Assembly: GCA_034520565.1 (NCBI GenBank)
Contig: JAXHNL010000002.1
Span: 800,001-864,000, forward strand
Direction of reading: 5' to 3'
DNA from: Halodesulfurarchaeum sp.
GTDB taxonomy: Archaea > Halobacteriota > Halobacteria > Halobacteriales > Halobacteriaceae
DNA length: 64,000 nucleotides
In this document: piece by piece, positions 1-9,128 of the stretch
How the letters are laid out: the number at the start of each line of letters is the position of its first letter
Numbering within the stretch: position 1 is the first letter of the stretch
Notes under the pieces: model-generated
The model's input: the letters and a program-made list of their open reading frames with translations, nothing else
Databases searched by the model: none
What the model was told of the DNA's origin: nothing
Translations under genes and position numbers: made by a program

Positions 1-1
1 C

Positions 2-565
2 CCCGAGATCCGCGAGACGCTCAAGCGGGACGTCGTGGCCGCCTACAAGGGCGACCCGGCCGCGAAGAGCTACCGGGAGGTCATCCGCTCGTATCCGGGC
101 TTTCACGCCCTCCTGATCTACCGGGTCGCCCACGCCCTCTACGAGGCAGGCGCGCCGGAGTACGCCCGGGAACTCGCGGAATCGGCCCACGCCGAGACGG
201 GAATCGACATCCATCCGGGCGCCGAGATCGGGGAGTACTGCTTCATCGACCACGGGACCGGCGTCGTCATCGGCGAGACGGCCACGGTCGGGGACTGGGC
301 CCGGATCTACCAGAACGTCACCCTCGGGGCCCTCCACTTCGAGGAGGCCGAAGACGAGGAGCACATGCTCCGAAAGGGTTACAAGCGCCACCCCGACATC
401 GGCGATCACGTGGTGATCGGGGCCGGGTCGAACATCATGGGTCCCGTCGAGGTGGGCGATCACGTCTCCATCGGTGCCAACTCCTGGATCAGCGAGGACG
501 TCCCGGATCACACGGCCGTGTTCATCGCCGATCACCCCGACCTCGAACAGAAACCGACCGACTGA
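2..565 (+). CDS. cysE: Serine O-acetyltransferase (5'-truncated by window edge)
   Basis: The frame is open from base 2. Motifs GDPAA, TGIDIHPGAEIG, FIDHGTGVVIGET, YQNVTLG and KRHPDIGD match the CysE/EpsC hexapeptide acetyltransferases. Confidence 0.92.
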   Translation, partial: PEIRETLKRDVVAAYKGDPAAKSYREVIRSYPGFHALLIYRVAHALYEAGAPEYARELAESAHAETGIDIHPGAEIGEYCFIDHGTGVVIGETATVGDWARIYQNVTLGALHFEEAEDEEHMLRKGYKRHPDIGDHVVIGAGSNIMGPVEVGDHVSIGANSWISEDVPDHTAVFIADHPDLEQKPTD

Positions 566-566
566 C

Positions 567-1457
567 CTACACGCCGAGTTCGATGTCGTAATCCGTTCCG
601 GTGAGCAGGTAGAGCACGTCCTCGACGACCGTGCCGAGTTCCGGCACGAGCCGGAGCAGCCCCAGCGTGATGAGGATCAACACGACGAGTGACAGCGATT
701 GGGAAATGACCCTGTCGGCCACGATGTAGGAGACGAGATAGGGATCCTCGATTCGGAAGAGGAAGAAGATCGGTCCCTGGAAGCCGGCGAACCACTGGAA
801 CCCGTGGGCGAGCGCGATGAAGGCCACCCGGAGGACGTTCAGGCCGTAGATGATCGGCACCGCGATGGCGATGCCCAGTGCCTGTCGCTTCGGCGCCGCG
901 TCGACCGCGAGGGTCAGGCCGGCCACGATCGAAATGCTGCCGATTCCGGTGCAGGCCAGCACGACCCGAGTCGTCAACCGGTGGCCGTCCTCGGCGAAGA
1001 AGACAAAGGTGCTCCGGAGTCCGTCAGGACCGGTGATGACCGTCGGTTCGACCCCTAGCAGCCCGAGAATCGCCTCGACGTTCCGGGCGACGAGTTCGAT
1101 CGACCCGCTCCGGAGGAACGTGATCGCCTCGAACGGCAGATAGATGAAGCCCATGATGGCGACTGCGCGTGTCAGGACCGCAAACGACCGCCGCTCGGTC
1201 CAGATCAGCCAGGCGACATAGAGCGTGGCGGGGACGGCAACGACGCTCAGGGCCCCCTCGACGATGCTCCGCTGGACGATCGCGTAGTGGGGAATCATGA
1301 GCGCCCAGAAAAGTGCAAAGATCGACCACGCTCCCGTCGAGACGAGTCGCTCGTAGGGCGAGTCCCAGAACGCCAGCAGTGCACTGCCGGCGAAGGTCAC
1401 GAGAACGACCCACGCGAGCGGGTCGGTGACGACCGCCAGATCGGGGACCGCAACCAT
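567..1457 (-). CDS. artA: Archaeosortase A
   Basis: Multi-pass membrane protein of 296 aa with the exosortase-type motifs VVLACTGIGS (catalytic Cys), NVLRVAFIA (Arg) and ADRVISQ. Confidence 0.85.
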   Translation of the reverse strand: MVAVPDLAVVTDPLAWVVLVTFAGSALLAFWDSPYERLVSTGAWSIFALFWALMIPHYAIVQRSIVEGALSVVAVPATLYVAWLIWTERRSFAVLTRAVAIMGFIYLPFEAITFLRSGSIELVARNVEAILGLLGVEPTVITGPDGLRSTFVFFAEDGHRLTTRVVLACTGIGSISIVAGLTLAVDAAPKRQALGIAIAVPIIYGLNVLRVAFIALAHGFQWFAGFQGPIFFLFRIEDPYLVSYIVADRVISQSLSLVVLILITLGLLRLVPELGTVVEDVLYLLTGTDYDIELGV

Positions 1458-1605
1458 GTGTTCGCCGAAAGGATTCGTCCTCGGAAGTGTGTATCGGTCG
1501 GGGAAGGGCCGGGGGCTGCTCCCCTCGAGGTAATTGGGACTCGTCGGGGATCACCAACCATCGCGTATTGGTCCGTTCCTGCCGGGGACCTCTCCGTGCC
1601 TGCAG

Positions 1606-2505
1606 TCAGATCCCGACTCGTTCCTGAGCGTGATCCGATTCCGTTCCCAGTTCGGTGACGATGTCCGCAGCCGCCTCCTTGAGCGCCTGACTCTCACCGA
1701 CCGGCGGACGGCCAGCGATCGCTGCCGACGCGACGTCCTCGTCGTAGGGGAGGGTGGCGAGGACCGGAACGGGGAGTGCGGATTCGACGAGGTCGGCGTT
1801 GTCGCGAGTTTTGTTCACGACTGCTTGGACGTTTCCGATTCCAAGCTCCGTGGCGAGTTTCTGGATCCGCGTCGCCGTTTCGATAGACGCCTGTGAGGGC
1901 TCGACGACCACGAGCATCGCGTCGACGGACTCGGCAGTCCCGCGGCCGAGATGCTCGACGCCCGCTTCCATGTCGAGGACAACCGTATCCTCGCCGAGCG
2001 CCGTCGAGACCAGCGTTCGGACGAAACTGTTTTCGGGGCACATGCACCCACTGTTTGCCCCAGTCGGGGCGCCGATGGTGAGCAATCGACCCCCGACTCC
2101 GAACTCGGTCGAATGCGAATCCAGCACGTCTTGAACCGCCGGTGTGAGGTTGACGAGACCGCTCCCTCCCGCACGTTCTTCGATGAGTTCGCGCTCCGTC
2201 GTGATGGGGGGGGGGGGCGGTTCCTCCACGCCCAGAATGCCAGCCAGGTTCATATCCGGATCCGCGTCGACGGCAACCACCGCTCGATGGGCAGCGAGAT
2301 GGGACGCGATTGCCGCCGAAAGCGTGGTCTTTCCGACGCCACCTTTGCCGGTCACTGCGACGCGAATCCCATCCGACAACCCGCCGGCCAGCTGCTCGTT
2401 CGAATGGACGTGATCAGATGCGTGGTGGTGACTGTGACCGTGCCCGGTTTCGGCCGGATGGGAATGCCCCGCGTCGTCCCCGTGAGCACCACAGTCCTCA
2501 CACAT
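1606..2505 (-). CDS. cooC: CO dehydrogenase nickel-insertion ATPase with His-rich N-terminal extension
   Basis: Deviant Walker A TGKGGVGKTT, DADPDMN, Ni-binding GCMCPEN and DMEAGVEHLGRG. Overlaps the 3' end of cooS by 8 nt. Confidence 0.92.
   Translation of the reverse strand: MCEDCGAHGDDAGHSHPAETGHGHSHHHASDHVHSNEQLAGGLSDGIRVAVTGKGGVGKTTLSAAIASHLAAHRAVVAVDADPDMNLAGILGVEEPPPPPITTERELIEERAGGSGLVNLTPAVQDVLDSHSTEFGVGGRLLTIGAPTGANSGCMCPENSFVRTLVSTALGEDTVVLDMEAGVEHLGRGTAESVDAMLVVVEPSQASIETATRIQKLATELGIGNVQAVVNKTRDNADLVESALPVPVLATLPYDEDVASAAIAGRPPVGESQALKEAAADIVTELGTESDHAQERVGI
2206..2217 (+). repeat. G12 homopolymer (C12 on the cooC coding strand, encodes PPPP)
   Basis: Read directly: gtgat-GGGGGGGGGGGG-cgg. 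This is the longest homopolymer I saw in the window. Confidence 0.95.
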
Positions 2506-4378
2506 GGCTCAGGTCCCCGAAGAGGGCCTCGCGGCGCTCGTCCAGGGCGGATCTGATCGCCACAGCGGCGGCTTCCGGATCTTCCTCCTGGATGGCATAC
2601 CCGCCGGTGATATCTTTCAGCGCCTCGGTCATGATCTCCGTGACTTCCTCGCTGTCTTCCATGTGGAGTGTCGGGGCGGTGTGTAGCGGCAATCCGAGTG
2701 CCAGCGCCCACGTGCCGATACTGACCGCCTTCTCCGCGATAAGTTCGGGCGCACTCGCCACGATCGGGAGTTCCCGAGTCGGGACACCGGAATCCTCCGA
2801 GATCGCCCGGACGACGTTTCCGATTCTGGAATTGTCGACACAGGAGCCCATGTGCCAGACTGGCGGGAGCGGCCCGTCGAGCCCGGCAGCCTCCCCCAGC
2901 TCGTGAAGTACGGCCGAGAGGCCATCGCCGGCCAGTTCGTCGGTCATCGCCGGATCCAGGTAGCCAGCCTGGGCCGTAATATGCCCGATACATCCGGTCA
3001 CGACCGGGAGCACGTCGTGTGCCAGCAGATCTTCGATGAGGTGTTCGGTCATCTCGGCGCGTCGAAGTTTGGGGTTCGGACACCCCACGATGCCGACGAT
3101 CCCTTTGAGGTGTCCCTTCGCGAGTGCGTCGACGATGGGTTGGGCGGGACTCTCGGGGTTGGCCGCGGAAAGCACTTCCAGCACGAAGTCATCGGAGACG
3201 CCGACGAGGGCGTCGCGGGGCTCTTCCGGGATTTCGACGGCGTAATCCTGGCGGGAGTGCCGGTCGCCGAAGGCTTCGATTCCCCGCTCGACGATTTCCC
3301 TGGCGTCGGATTCCGCGGTTTCGGGATCGAAGGACACGTGCTCCGCACCGGGGATATTGACGTAGTCGACCGTGGTGATGAGCCTGGTGTGATGGCACTC
3401 GACGATGTCGCCGATTCCCGGCCAGATACACTGGATGTCTGCAACCATCGCATCGAGGGCCCCGGTCGTGACTGCGAGTTCCGCCTGGCTGCTGTGTGCC
3501 GCCAGTGGAACACCCTGGCGTTCGGCGAGTTCGTTCCCCGTACAACAGATACCGACGACGTTGATCCCCTCGGCCCCCGCCTCCTTCGCCTGGGCTTCGA
3601 GTTCGTCTGCGTACTTGATTACCATCTCCGAGAGGACCGGCGAGTGGCCGTGGACGGCGATATTGACCTGATCTTCTTTCATCACGCTCAGGTTCGCCGT
3701 CGTCTGGACCGGCTGGGGAGTCCCGAAGACCACGTCTTGCAGGTCCGTCCCCATCGTGAGCCCCGCGTAGCCGTCCGCGAGTCCCGCTTCGAGCCCGCCA
3801 GTGAGCAGGTGGGCCGGCTCGGCGTCGTTCCCCTGGGTGGTGCGGTGCATCGCCCGGGCGACTTCCTTGTCGACACTTTCCAGGGGTTGGATGCCTTTTT
3901 CGCCGAGGAATTCCCGCTGTTCGGCTGGCATTCGCTCCAGCCAGTTGAGCGTGTCTCCACCCTCCTGGAAGTCTTCGATGGCCGCTTTCGAGACGCGTTT
4001 TGCCACCTCCGTATCGCTACCTGAGGCGTCGAGGCCGAGGTCTTCGGCGATATGGCGGAGTTTCTCGGGTTCTTGAATGTCGTACTCGCTCAGCTTCCCG
4101 TCAGCGATTTCCACCAGGACGTGGGCGATTTCACGGGCATGGTCTGCATGGCTTGCAGCACCGACGGCGATTTCTCGATAGAGGTTTCGGGCGGCGACCG
4201 TCCCGGGGGAGGCGCCACAGACACCCCGATCCATCCCCTGATCCCCGTCGCTCACCCGACAGGGCCCCATATAGCAGACCCGACAACAGCTTCCGCCCGT
4301 TCCAAAGGGACACTGCGGCTCCGATTCTGCCAGCCGATCCATCGGGAGCTCGTACTCGACGTCTTGATCGATACTCAT
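2498..4378 (-). CDS. cooS: Anaerobic Ni,Fe carbon monoxide dehydrogenase catalytic subunit
   Basis: D/B-cluster motif QCPFGTGGSCCRVCYMGPC...CG, HADH, and C-cluster ligands GHSP, CCTG, DIQC, GCPN, TGC, GSCVDN, plus EKA. Start placed at the ATG of MSIDQD. Confidence 0.95.
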   Translation of the reverse strand: MSIDQDVEYELPMDRLAESEPQCPFGTGGSCCRVCYMGPCRVSDGDQGMDRGVCGASPGTVAARNLYREIAVGAASHADHAREIAHVLVEIADGKLSEYDIQEPEKLRHIAEDLGLDASGSDTEVAKRVSKAAIEDFQEGGDTLNWLERMPAEQREFLGEKGIQPLESVDKEVARAMHRTTQGNDAEPAHLLTGGLEAGLADGYAGLTMGTDLQDVVFGTPQPVQTTANLSVMKEDQVNIAVHGHSPVLSEMVIKYADELEAQAKEAGAEGINVVGICCTGNELAERQGVPLAAHSSQAELAVTTGALDAMVADIQCIWPGIGDIVECHHTRLITTVDYVNIPGAEHVSFDPETAESDAREIVERGIEAFGDRHSRQDYAVEIPEEPRDALVGVSDDFVLEVLSAANPESPAQPIVDALAKGHLKGIVGIVGCPNPKLRRAEMTEHLIEDLLAHDVLPVVTGCIGHITAQAGYLDPAMTDELAGDGLSAVLHELGEAAGLDGPLPPVWHMGSCVDNSRIGNVVRAISEDSGVPTRELPIVASAPELIAEKAVSIGTWALALGLPLHTAPTLHMEDSEEVTEIMTEALKDITGGYAIQEEDPEAAAVAIRSALDERREALFGDLSHV

Positions 4379-4573
4379 GACCTGGTTACAAGATTTGCCG
4401 CAACACTGCAAAAACTTGGGCTCAGGTATTCAGTGGCTGGCATTCGCACTCGGGATTTATCCGATACAACTGCACCTTCGGGACGGATTTACACCGGTTT
4501 TTCGGCTGTGAATACACGATCGGGGAGAACCACGGTGTTCGGTCCTCGGCGTTCCGATGGCGAATCGCCCTCC

Positions 4574-7500
4574 CTACGGCCAGAGCAACCGGAACACTCC
4601 CCGTCCGACCGTCATCAGCGCGAGTCCGCCGAGTCCGCTCAGAAGGATCGCGGGCATGCCCATTCGAAGGGGCTCCGGAACGGACGCCCACGCCCGCTCG
4701 ACCGCTTCTGTGGGGAGGTCCGGCATCTGGTCGGGGACGAGTTCGTCCGACTCGACTGTCGGTTCCGTTTCGGTGCGATCACCGGTTCCCTCACTGGACT
4801 CCCCGTCGTCCGCACTTCCCAACATCGAGCCACCACCGCCACCCCCCGCTGCGGCCGGATCGGATGCCGCCTCCACGAACTTTCCGGAGCGTGTCGGGCT
4901 GAGCTGGTCGCCGTCGGCGGTGACGCTCACGGTGTAGTCCGTTCCCGACTCGTACTCGCTCAGGTTTGCGGTCGCCTCGTAGGTCCCGTCCTCGTCGACG
5001 GTCGCCGACGCGTTTTTCTCAAAGGAGTCGTTTGCACCCTCAATATGCACGATGAGCGTCGTCCCGGGGGCCACGGTGGTCGTGCCGTTAATCGGTGTGT
5101 TCGCCTGCGGAGGCAAATCGAGGGATCCGTTCGGTGAGACGCCGTCGAACCCGGCTTTGGCTTCGACTACGTCGAGTGCGGTTTCGACGGATTCGTTGTC
5201 CCCGTCGGGCGGGACGAAGGGGGAGTTGTCCGTGAGCACCAGTTCGGTTTCGAGGTCGGCTCCCGGCTCGATTCCGTCCCCGGCGGCCTCGGCAACGACG
5301 TAGAACTGGCCCGGCTCCGTCCCGTCGATCCGGCGGGAGTCAGTCGGTCGGCTCGCGTTTCGTCCGGCGGGTTTCGATTTCGGGCCGAGCGAGACAAAGG
5401 CAGGGGGCGACCGGGCCGATTTTGCCTCGTCTCTGCCACGGCCTCGCGTGTTGTTTGCCCGGGCCACCGGCGACGCGTTCGCCGCCGGGGGAGGCCCACC
5501 CACCGAGATGTTTCTCGTGTACGTTCCCAGACCGCTGGTGTTCACCGCCACGACCACCTGGTCGCCGGTTGCGATTTCGTTCTCGCGGATCGCGTGAGTC
5601 CGAACGTCCGCCGTCGTGTCGAGTGACACGTCCCGGGGCACGACGAAGGTCTCGAAGCTCGCGTGCCACTCCGCTCGCACGCCGAACGTGGCGTTCGCTC
5701 GCGGTTCCCCCGCGGTGGACAGGACGAGCGTGTATTCGCCGACGCCGAGTGCTCTGGGTCCGACCTGCTTCCGGACCGTGGTGCCGGACTGTGCCGGGCT
5801 CCCGTTCTGGGCGCTCGAAATCTGACTCTGCGTCCTTCCAGTAGCGTTCACGCTCGGGGGCTCTCCAGAGTTCACCGGGTCGGTCGGAGTGCCGGGCTTG
5901 GTAGGGGCTCCGCTCGGAACGGATTCGTTCGAACCGGTTGTGAACCATTGGAAGGACTGGGTCGTATTTACCCCTGGCCCGAACTCGAACCCAGGCATGG
6001 GTCCTGGGGCCTGTCTTCCACCCGTGTCGACGGCGAGTTCGAAGCGGGGCTTTCCCTTCAGCGAGGCAACTTCCATGGTTTCGAGGGTCTGCTCGGTCGG
6101 TCCTTTGAGTTGGATGCTCCCATTGCGTGCCGAACCCAGATCGACCTCGAAGGGACTCCGCTCGCCTCGTTCGACGGACTCGGGCGGTTTCAAAAACCCC
6201 GGTTCGGTCGGCGGTTCGATTACGAACGGTTCCGAGACCGCCGAGCTGTTTGACTCGAGAGCCGTCACGTGGACCTGATACCGGCCGGGCTGGGGATCGA
6301 AGGCCACCACCGCGTCGCCCGTGGAATTGAGATTCGCCTCCACCGACTGGACGGCCGCGCCGTCCGTCGCGTTTTGGAGCGTGACCACGATGTCCCGGTC
6401 TGACGCGTTGGCGCTGATCGAGACGGACACCTCCCCATCCGTTGCGGAGACGTTTCCGTCGGGCCCGTCGATGGACAGCGCGACCGGGGACGGAAGCTCC
6501 TCCTCGTTCTCACCGGTCGATTTGCTCGGGACCCGAAGCGTCGAGCTCGGGCCCAATCCGCCCCGCGGATCGTCCTGTTCGAGGAAGAGCCCGGTTTCTC
6601 CGGGATCGAAGCTCCCGTCGCCGTCGGAGTCGTTGGCGGCCGGGATTTTGAGGGCCACGGTTTTCCCGCCCGGAGCGTCGTCGGTCAGGGTCGGGTGGAG
6701 GGAGAACGCCGTCGATTCGGTCGGCCCGAACCAGCCCGCGTCGGCACCGGGTTCGAGCACCCAGGTTCCGTTGGGCGTTGGACTGGTGGTGGTTGCGATC
6801 GTCGTCGACTCGGTTTCGAGCGCGATCGAGTCGATGTACTCGTCCGCGAGGGTGCCGTTGTTTTCGACCGTCACCGCCGTGATCCGGTCGCCGAAGGTTT
6901 TCGTGCCGACGGTCTGGGTGTCATTTTCGCGGTAAATTCCGGCGTTTTGATTTAAGGTAGATTGGTTTGAAAGATAACCGAAGGATTTTGGGAAAGTTTT
7001 TAAATCAATTTTACTGTCTTTTGGCATGTTTATCGGTGAAGATAAACCCGTTCTTTGTATTTTATAAACACTTGAATTACTCGTGAGCTTATTTGTGCTG
7101 GAACCGAATCCGAGTACTTCATCTGTTCCGTTTGGAAACGATGAAAGAGTAAGGGTCTCATTGTATGTGAGATTATTGGTATTATATCCTTGGCTAATTT
7201 CTGGAAAGTCGGCTTCCGCCCTTATAATCGGATCTTCCTTTGTAAAACCATCACTTGCTTTAGTTAGTACAAAAGTCGAACTACCAATATCCAATGAGGA
7301 AAGGGATTTAAAACTTTCATTTATCCTGAATCCATCTTTTGGCCCTAAGACGTCATCTGCTGAATTCACAAATGGCTCACCAAAATCCATTTCTTTGTCT
7401 TTATCAACGTCTATAAACTTTGTTTCCGATTCAAAACTAGAAACAGACAGATTAGCATCTAAATCAGAAGGTTTTACCGTCGAATTTTTAGGATATGTTA

Positions 7501-8914
7501 TTTGATATTCCGTAATTCTCAAGTCAGATGAGGTATCGGAATTTACTCCATTCTCACCTATGTCTACAAAAAGTCCATCTACTTTCTTTGTATAACCAAC
7601 TCTATTCTTTGTCGTATTGAGATATCGAATTTTGCCAGTTGGTCCCAAATAATTTGCATTGGTCCCTATGTTCACACTACCGTCATTGATCAATAAATTT
7701 TCACTCCCTCCATTATCATCATTTCTATCAAAAATTACTAATGGTGTACCATCACTTAAAATTCCATATTCCCACGATCCACTAATTCCACTTACATCGT
7801 ATTTTGTCCCATTGGATATTTTTCCTGTTAATATTATGTCTTCGTTGGAGTTGTAACTGTCATCTCCGGTTGTATCAATAATAATGACATCTTCACTGCC
7901 AAATTCCCCCACAGCGGAATTTTCATCCCCATCCGGGTCAATTTCATTAACAGTCGGATTTGAAGGGAAACTTTTTAAATCAGATCCGACATCTGGGTCA
8001 TCTTTTTTGACAATAGACAACTCGTTTAGGCCAAAGTCGATTGTGGATTGATTTTTGTCCACTCCTGAAAATATCGTCGTCTCAGTTAATCGCCTGTCTA
8101 CTTTTGGATCGATTACACCATCTCCGCCACTCCGGTAAATCGGCTCACCATATTTCCCATTTCCTCCGGTAGTATATCCTGGGGAAAACTCAAAATCTTC
8201 CCAATGTTCGAATTTTGAAGAATCAAGATTTTGGATAAGACTACCATTACCATTGGTTACGATTTCGTCATTCACATCTATCTTTTTGTCAGAACTACGA
8301 ATTAAGGGTTGAACCCCTGTGTAATTGGATAAATTATTACTTTTTATAAATCTCAGATTCTCTTTTGGGGTGCGATATTTTTCTTCTCCGACGTTTAACG
8401 AATAATTTCCTAACAAATCATCAATTTTATAAATGTCGTCTCCTTTGGAAAATGAATTAATATTTTTTGTATCTACTGACTCAGCGTATAGGGTATTATT
8501 GGGAAATGTATAGTAATCCGAAGGACCCGATTTTGAGTCATTCATAATCACTTCTAATTTAATGATATCATCACCTGGCTGATATCCCATTTTTGAATCT
8601 CCATCGTTTTCTCCATCATTAATATATCGGTGTTTTGGTAAGTCATTCAATTCATAAGATAAATATCCCGAACTTGGCTCTATTAGTATCTTATCTTCAC
8701 TACTAATGGTTAAGTATAAATCACCCTTATTTTCTTCAGAAACATTATTAATAATCGATAATTGGCTTCCAACTTCAGATGATGGTGTTGTAAGATCCGC
8801 ATGGATTGGCGAAGTAAAAAATAGGCTAATTAGAATAATTGTTAATAACCCGACCTTAATATTGGTTTGGTGGACCAATGTTATTGATTCTAATGACAAA
8901 GGTTCGGCTTTCAT
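4574..8914 (-). CDS. Large secreted/membrane-anchored cell-surface protein, compositional chimera
   Basis: 1446-aa ORF with an N-terminal signal-like segment (LLTIILISLFFTSPIHA), many NxS/T sequons, Ig-like haloarchaeal surface domains (INGTTTVAPGT) and a C-terminal TM helix. Base composition shifts sharply near 6930. Confidence 0.8.
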   Translation of the reverse strand: MKAEPLSLESITLVHQTNIKVGLLTIILISLFFTSPIHADLTTPSSEVGSQLSIINNVSEENKGDLYLTISSEDKILIEPSSGYLSYELNDLPKHRYINDGENDGDSKMGYQPGDDIIKLEVIMNDSKSGPSDYYTFPNNTLYAESVDTKNINSFSKGDDIYKIDDLLGNYSLNVGEEKYRTPKENLRFIKSNNLSNYTGVQPLIRSSDKKIDVNDEIVTNGNGSLIQNLDSSKFEHWEDFEFSPGYTTGGNGKYGEPIYRSGGDGVIDPKVDRRLTETTIFSGVDKNQSTIDFGLNELSIVKKDDPDVGSDLKSFPSNPTVNEIDPDGDENSAVGEFGSEDVIIIDTTGDDSYNSNEDIILTGKISNGTKYDVSGISGSWEYGILSDGTPLVIFDRNDDNGGSENLLINDGSVNIGTNANYLGPTGKIRYLNTTKNRVGYTKKVDGLFVDIGENGVNSDTSSDLRITEYQITYPKNSTVKPSDLDANLSVSSFESETKFIDVDKDKEMDFGEPFVNSADDVLGPKDGFRINESFKSLSSLDIGSSTFVLTKASDGFTKEDPIIRAEADFPEISQGYNTNNLTYNETLTLSSFPNGTDEVLGFGSSTNKLTSNSSVYKIQRTGLSSPINMPKDSKIDLKTFPKSFGYLSNQSTLNQNAGIYRENDTQTVGTKTFGDRITAVTVENNGTLADEYIDSIALETESTTIATTTSPTPNGTWVLEPGADAGWFGPTESTAFSLHPTLTDDAPGGKTVALKIPAANDSDGDGSFDPGETGLFLEQDDPRGGLGPSSTLRVPSKSTGENEEELPSPVALSIDGPDGNVSATDGEVSVSISANASDRDIVVTLQNATDGAAVQSVEANLNSTGDAVVAFDPQPGRYQVHVTALESNSSAVSEPFVIEPPTEPGFLKPPESVERGERSPFEVDLGSARNGSIQLKGPTEQTLETMEVASLKGKPRFELAVDTGGRQAPGPMPGFEFGPGVNTTQSFQWFTTGSNESVPSGAPTKPGTPTDPVNSGEPPSVNATGRTQSQISSAQNGSPAQSGTTVRKQVGPRALGVGEYTLVLSTAGEPRANATFGVRAEWHASFETFVVPRDVSLDTTADVRTHAIRENEIATGDQVVVAVNTSGLGTYTRNISVGGPPPAANASPVARANNTRGRGRDEAKSARSPPAFVSLGPKSKPAGRNASRPTDSRRIDGTEPGQFYVVAEAAGDGIEPGADLETELVLTDNSPFVPPDGDNESVETALDVVEAKAGFDGVSPNGSLDLPPQANTPINGTTTVAPGTTLIVHIEGANDSFEKNASATVDEDGTYEATANLSEYESGTDYTVSVTADGDQLSPTRSGKFVEAASDPAAAGGGGGGSMLGSADDGESSEGTGDRTETEPTVESDELVPDQMPDLPTEAVERAWASVPEPLRMGMPAILLSGLGGLALMTVGRGVFRLLWP

Positions 8915-9128
8915 TTTTCTCTAAACAAAGCGAAACCATAACATCAAATCAAACTTTGGAAAATGGCCAATTATAATCAGAATACTAATCAGAATAGATC
9001 TCCCAAAATCAATCTCATAATCGGAAGATAGCGTTGGTAATTTGTTTGGTAGACTGCCAATTTGGCTAAAAGTAGAAAATAACTTGATATAAATAGTCAT
9101 TTTAACTATTGATAAAATTTATAATAAT

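Noticed and set aside
4574-4700. PGF-CTERM on the 1446-aa protein linking it to nearby artA
   Set aside because: The C-terminus has a TM helix but no PGF motif. The clear PGF-CTERM is on 16661-17899.
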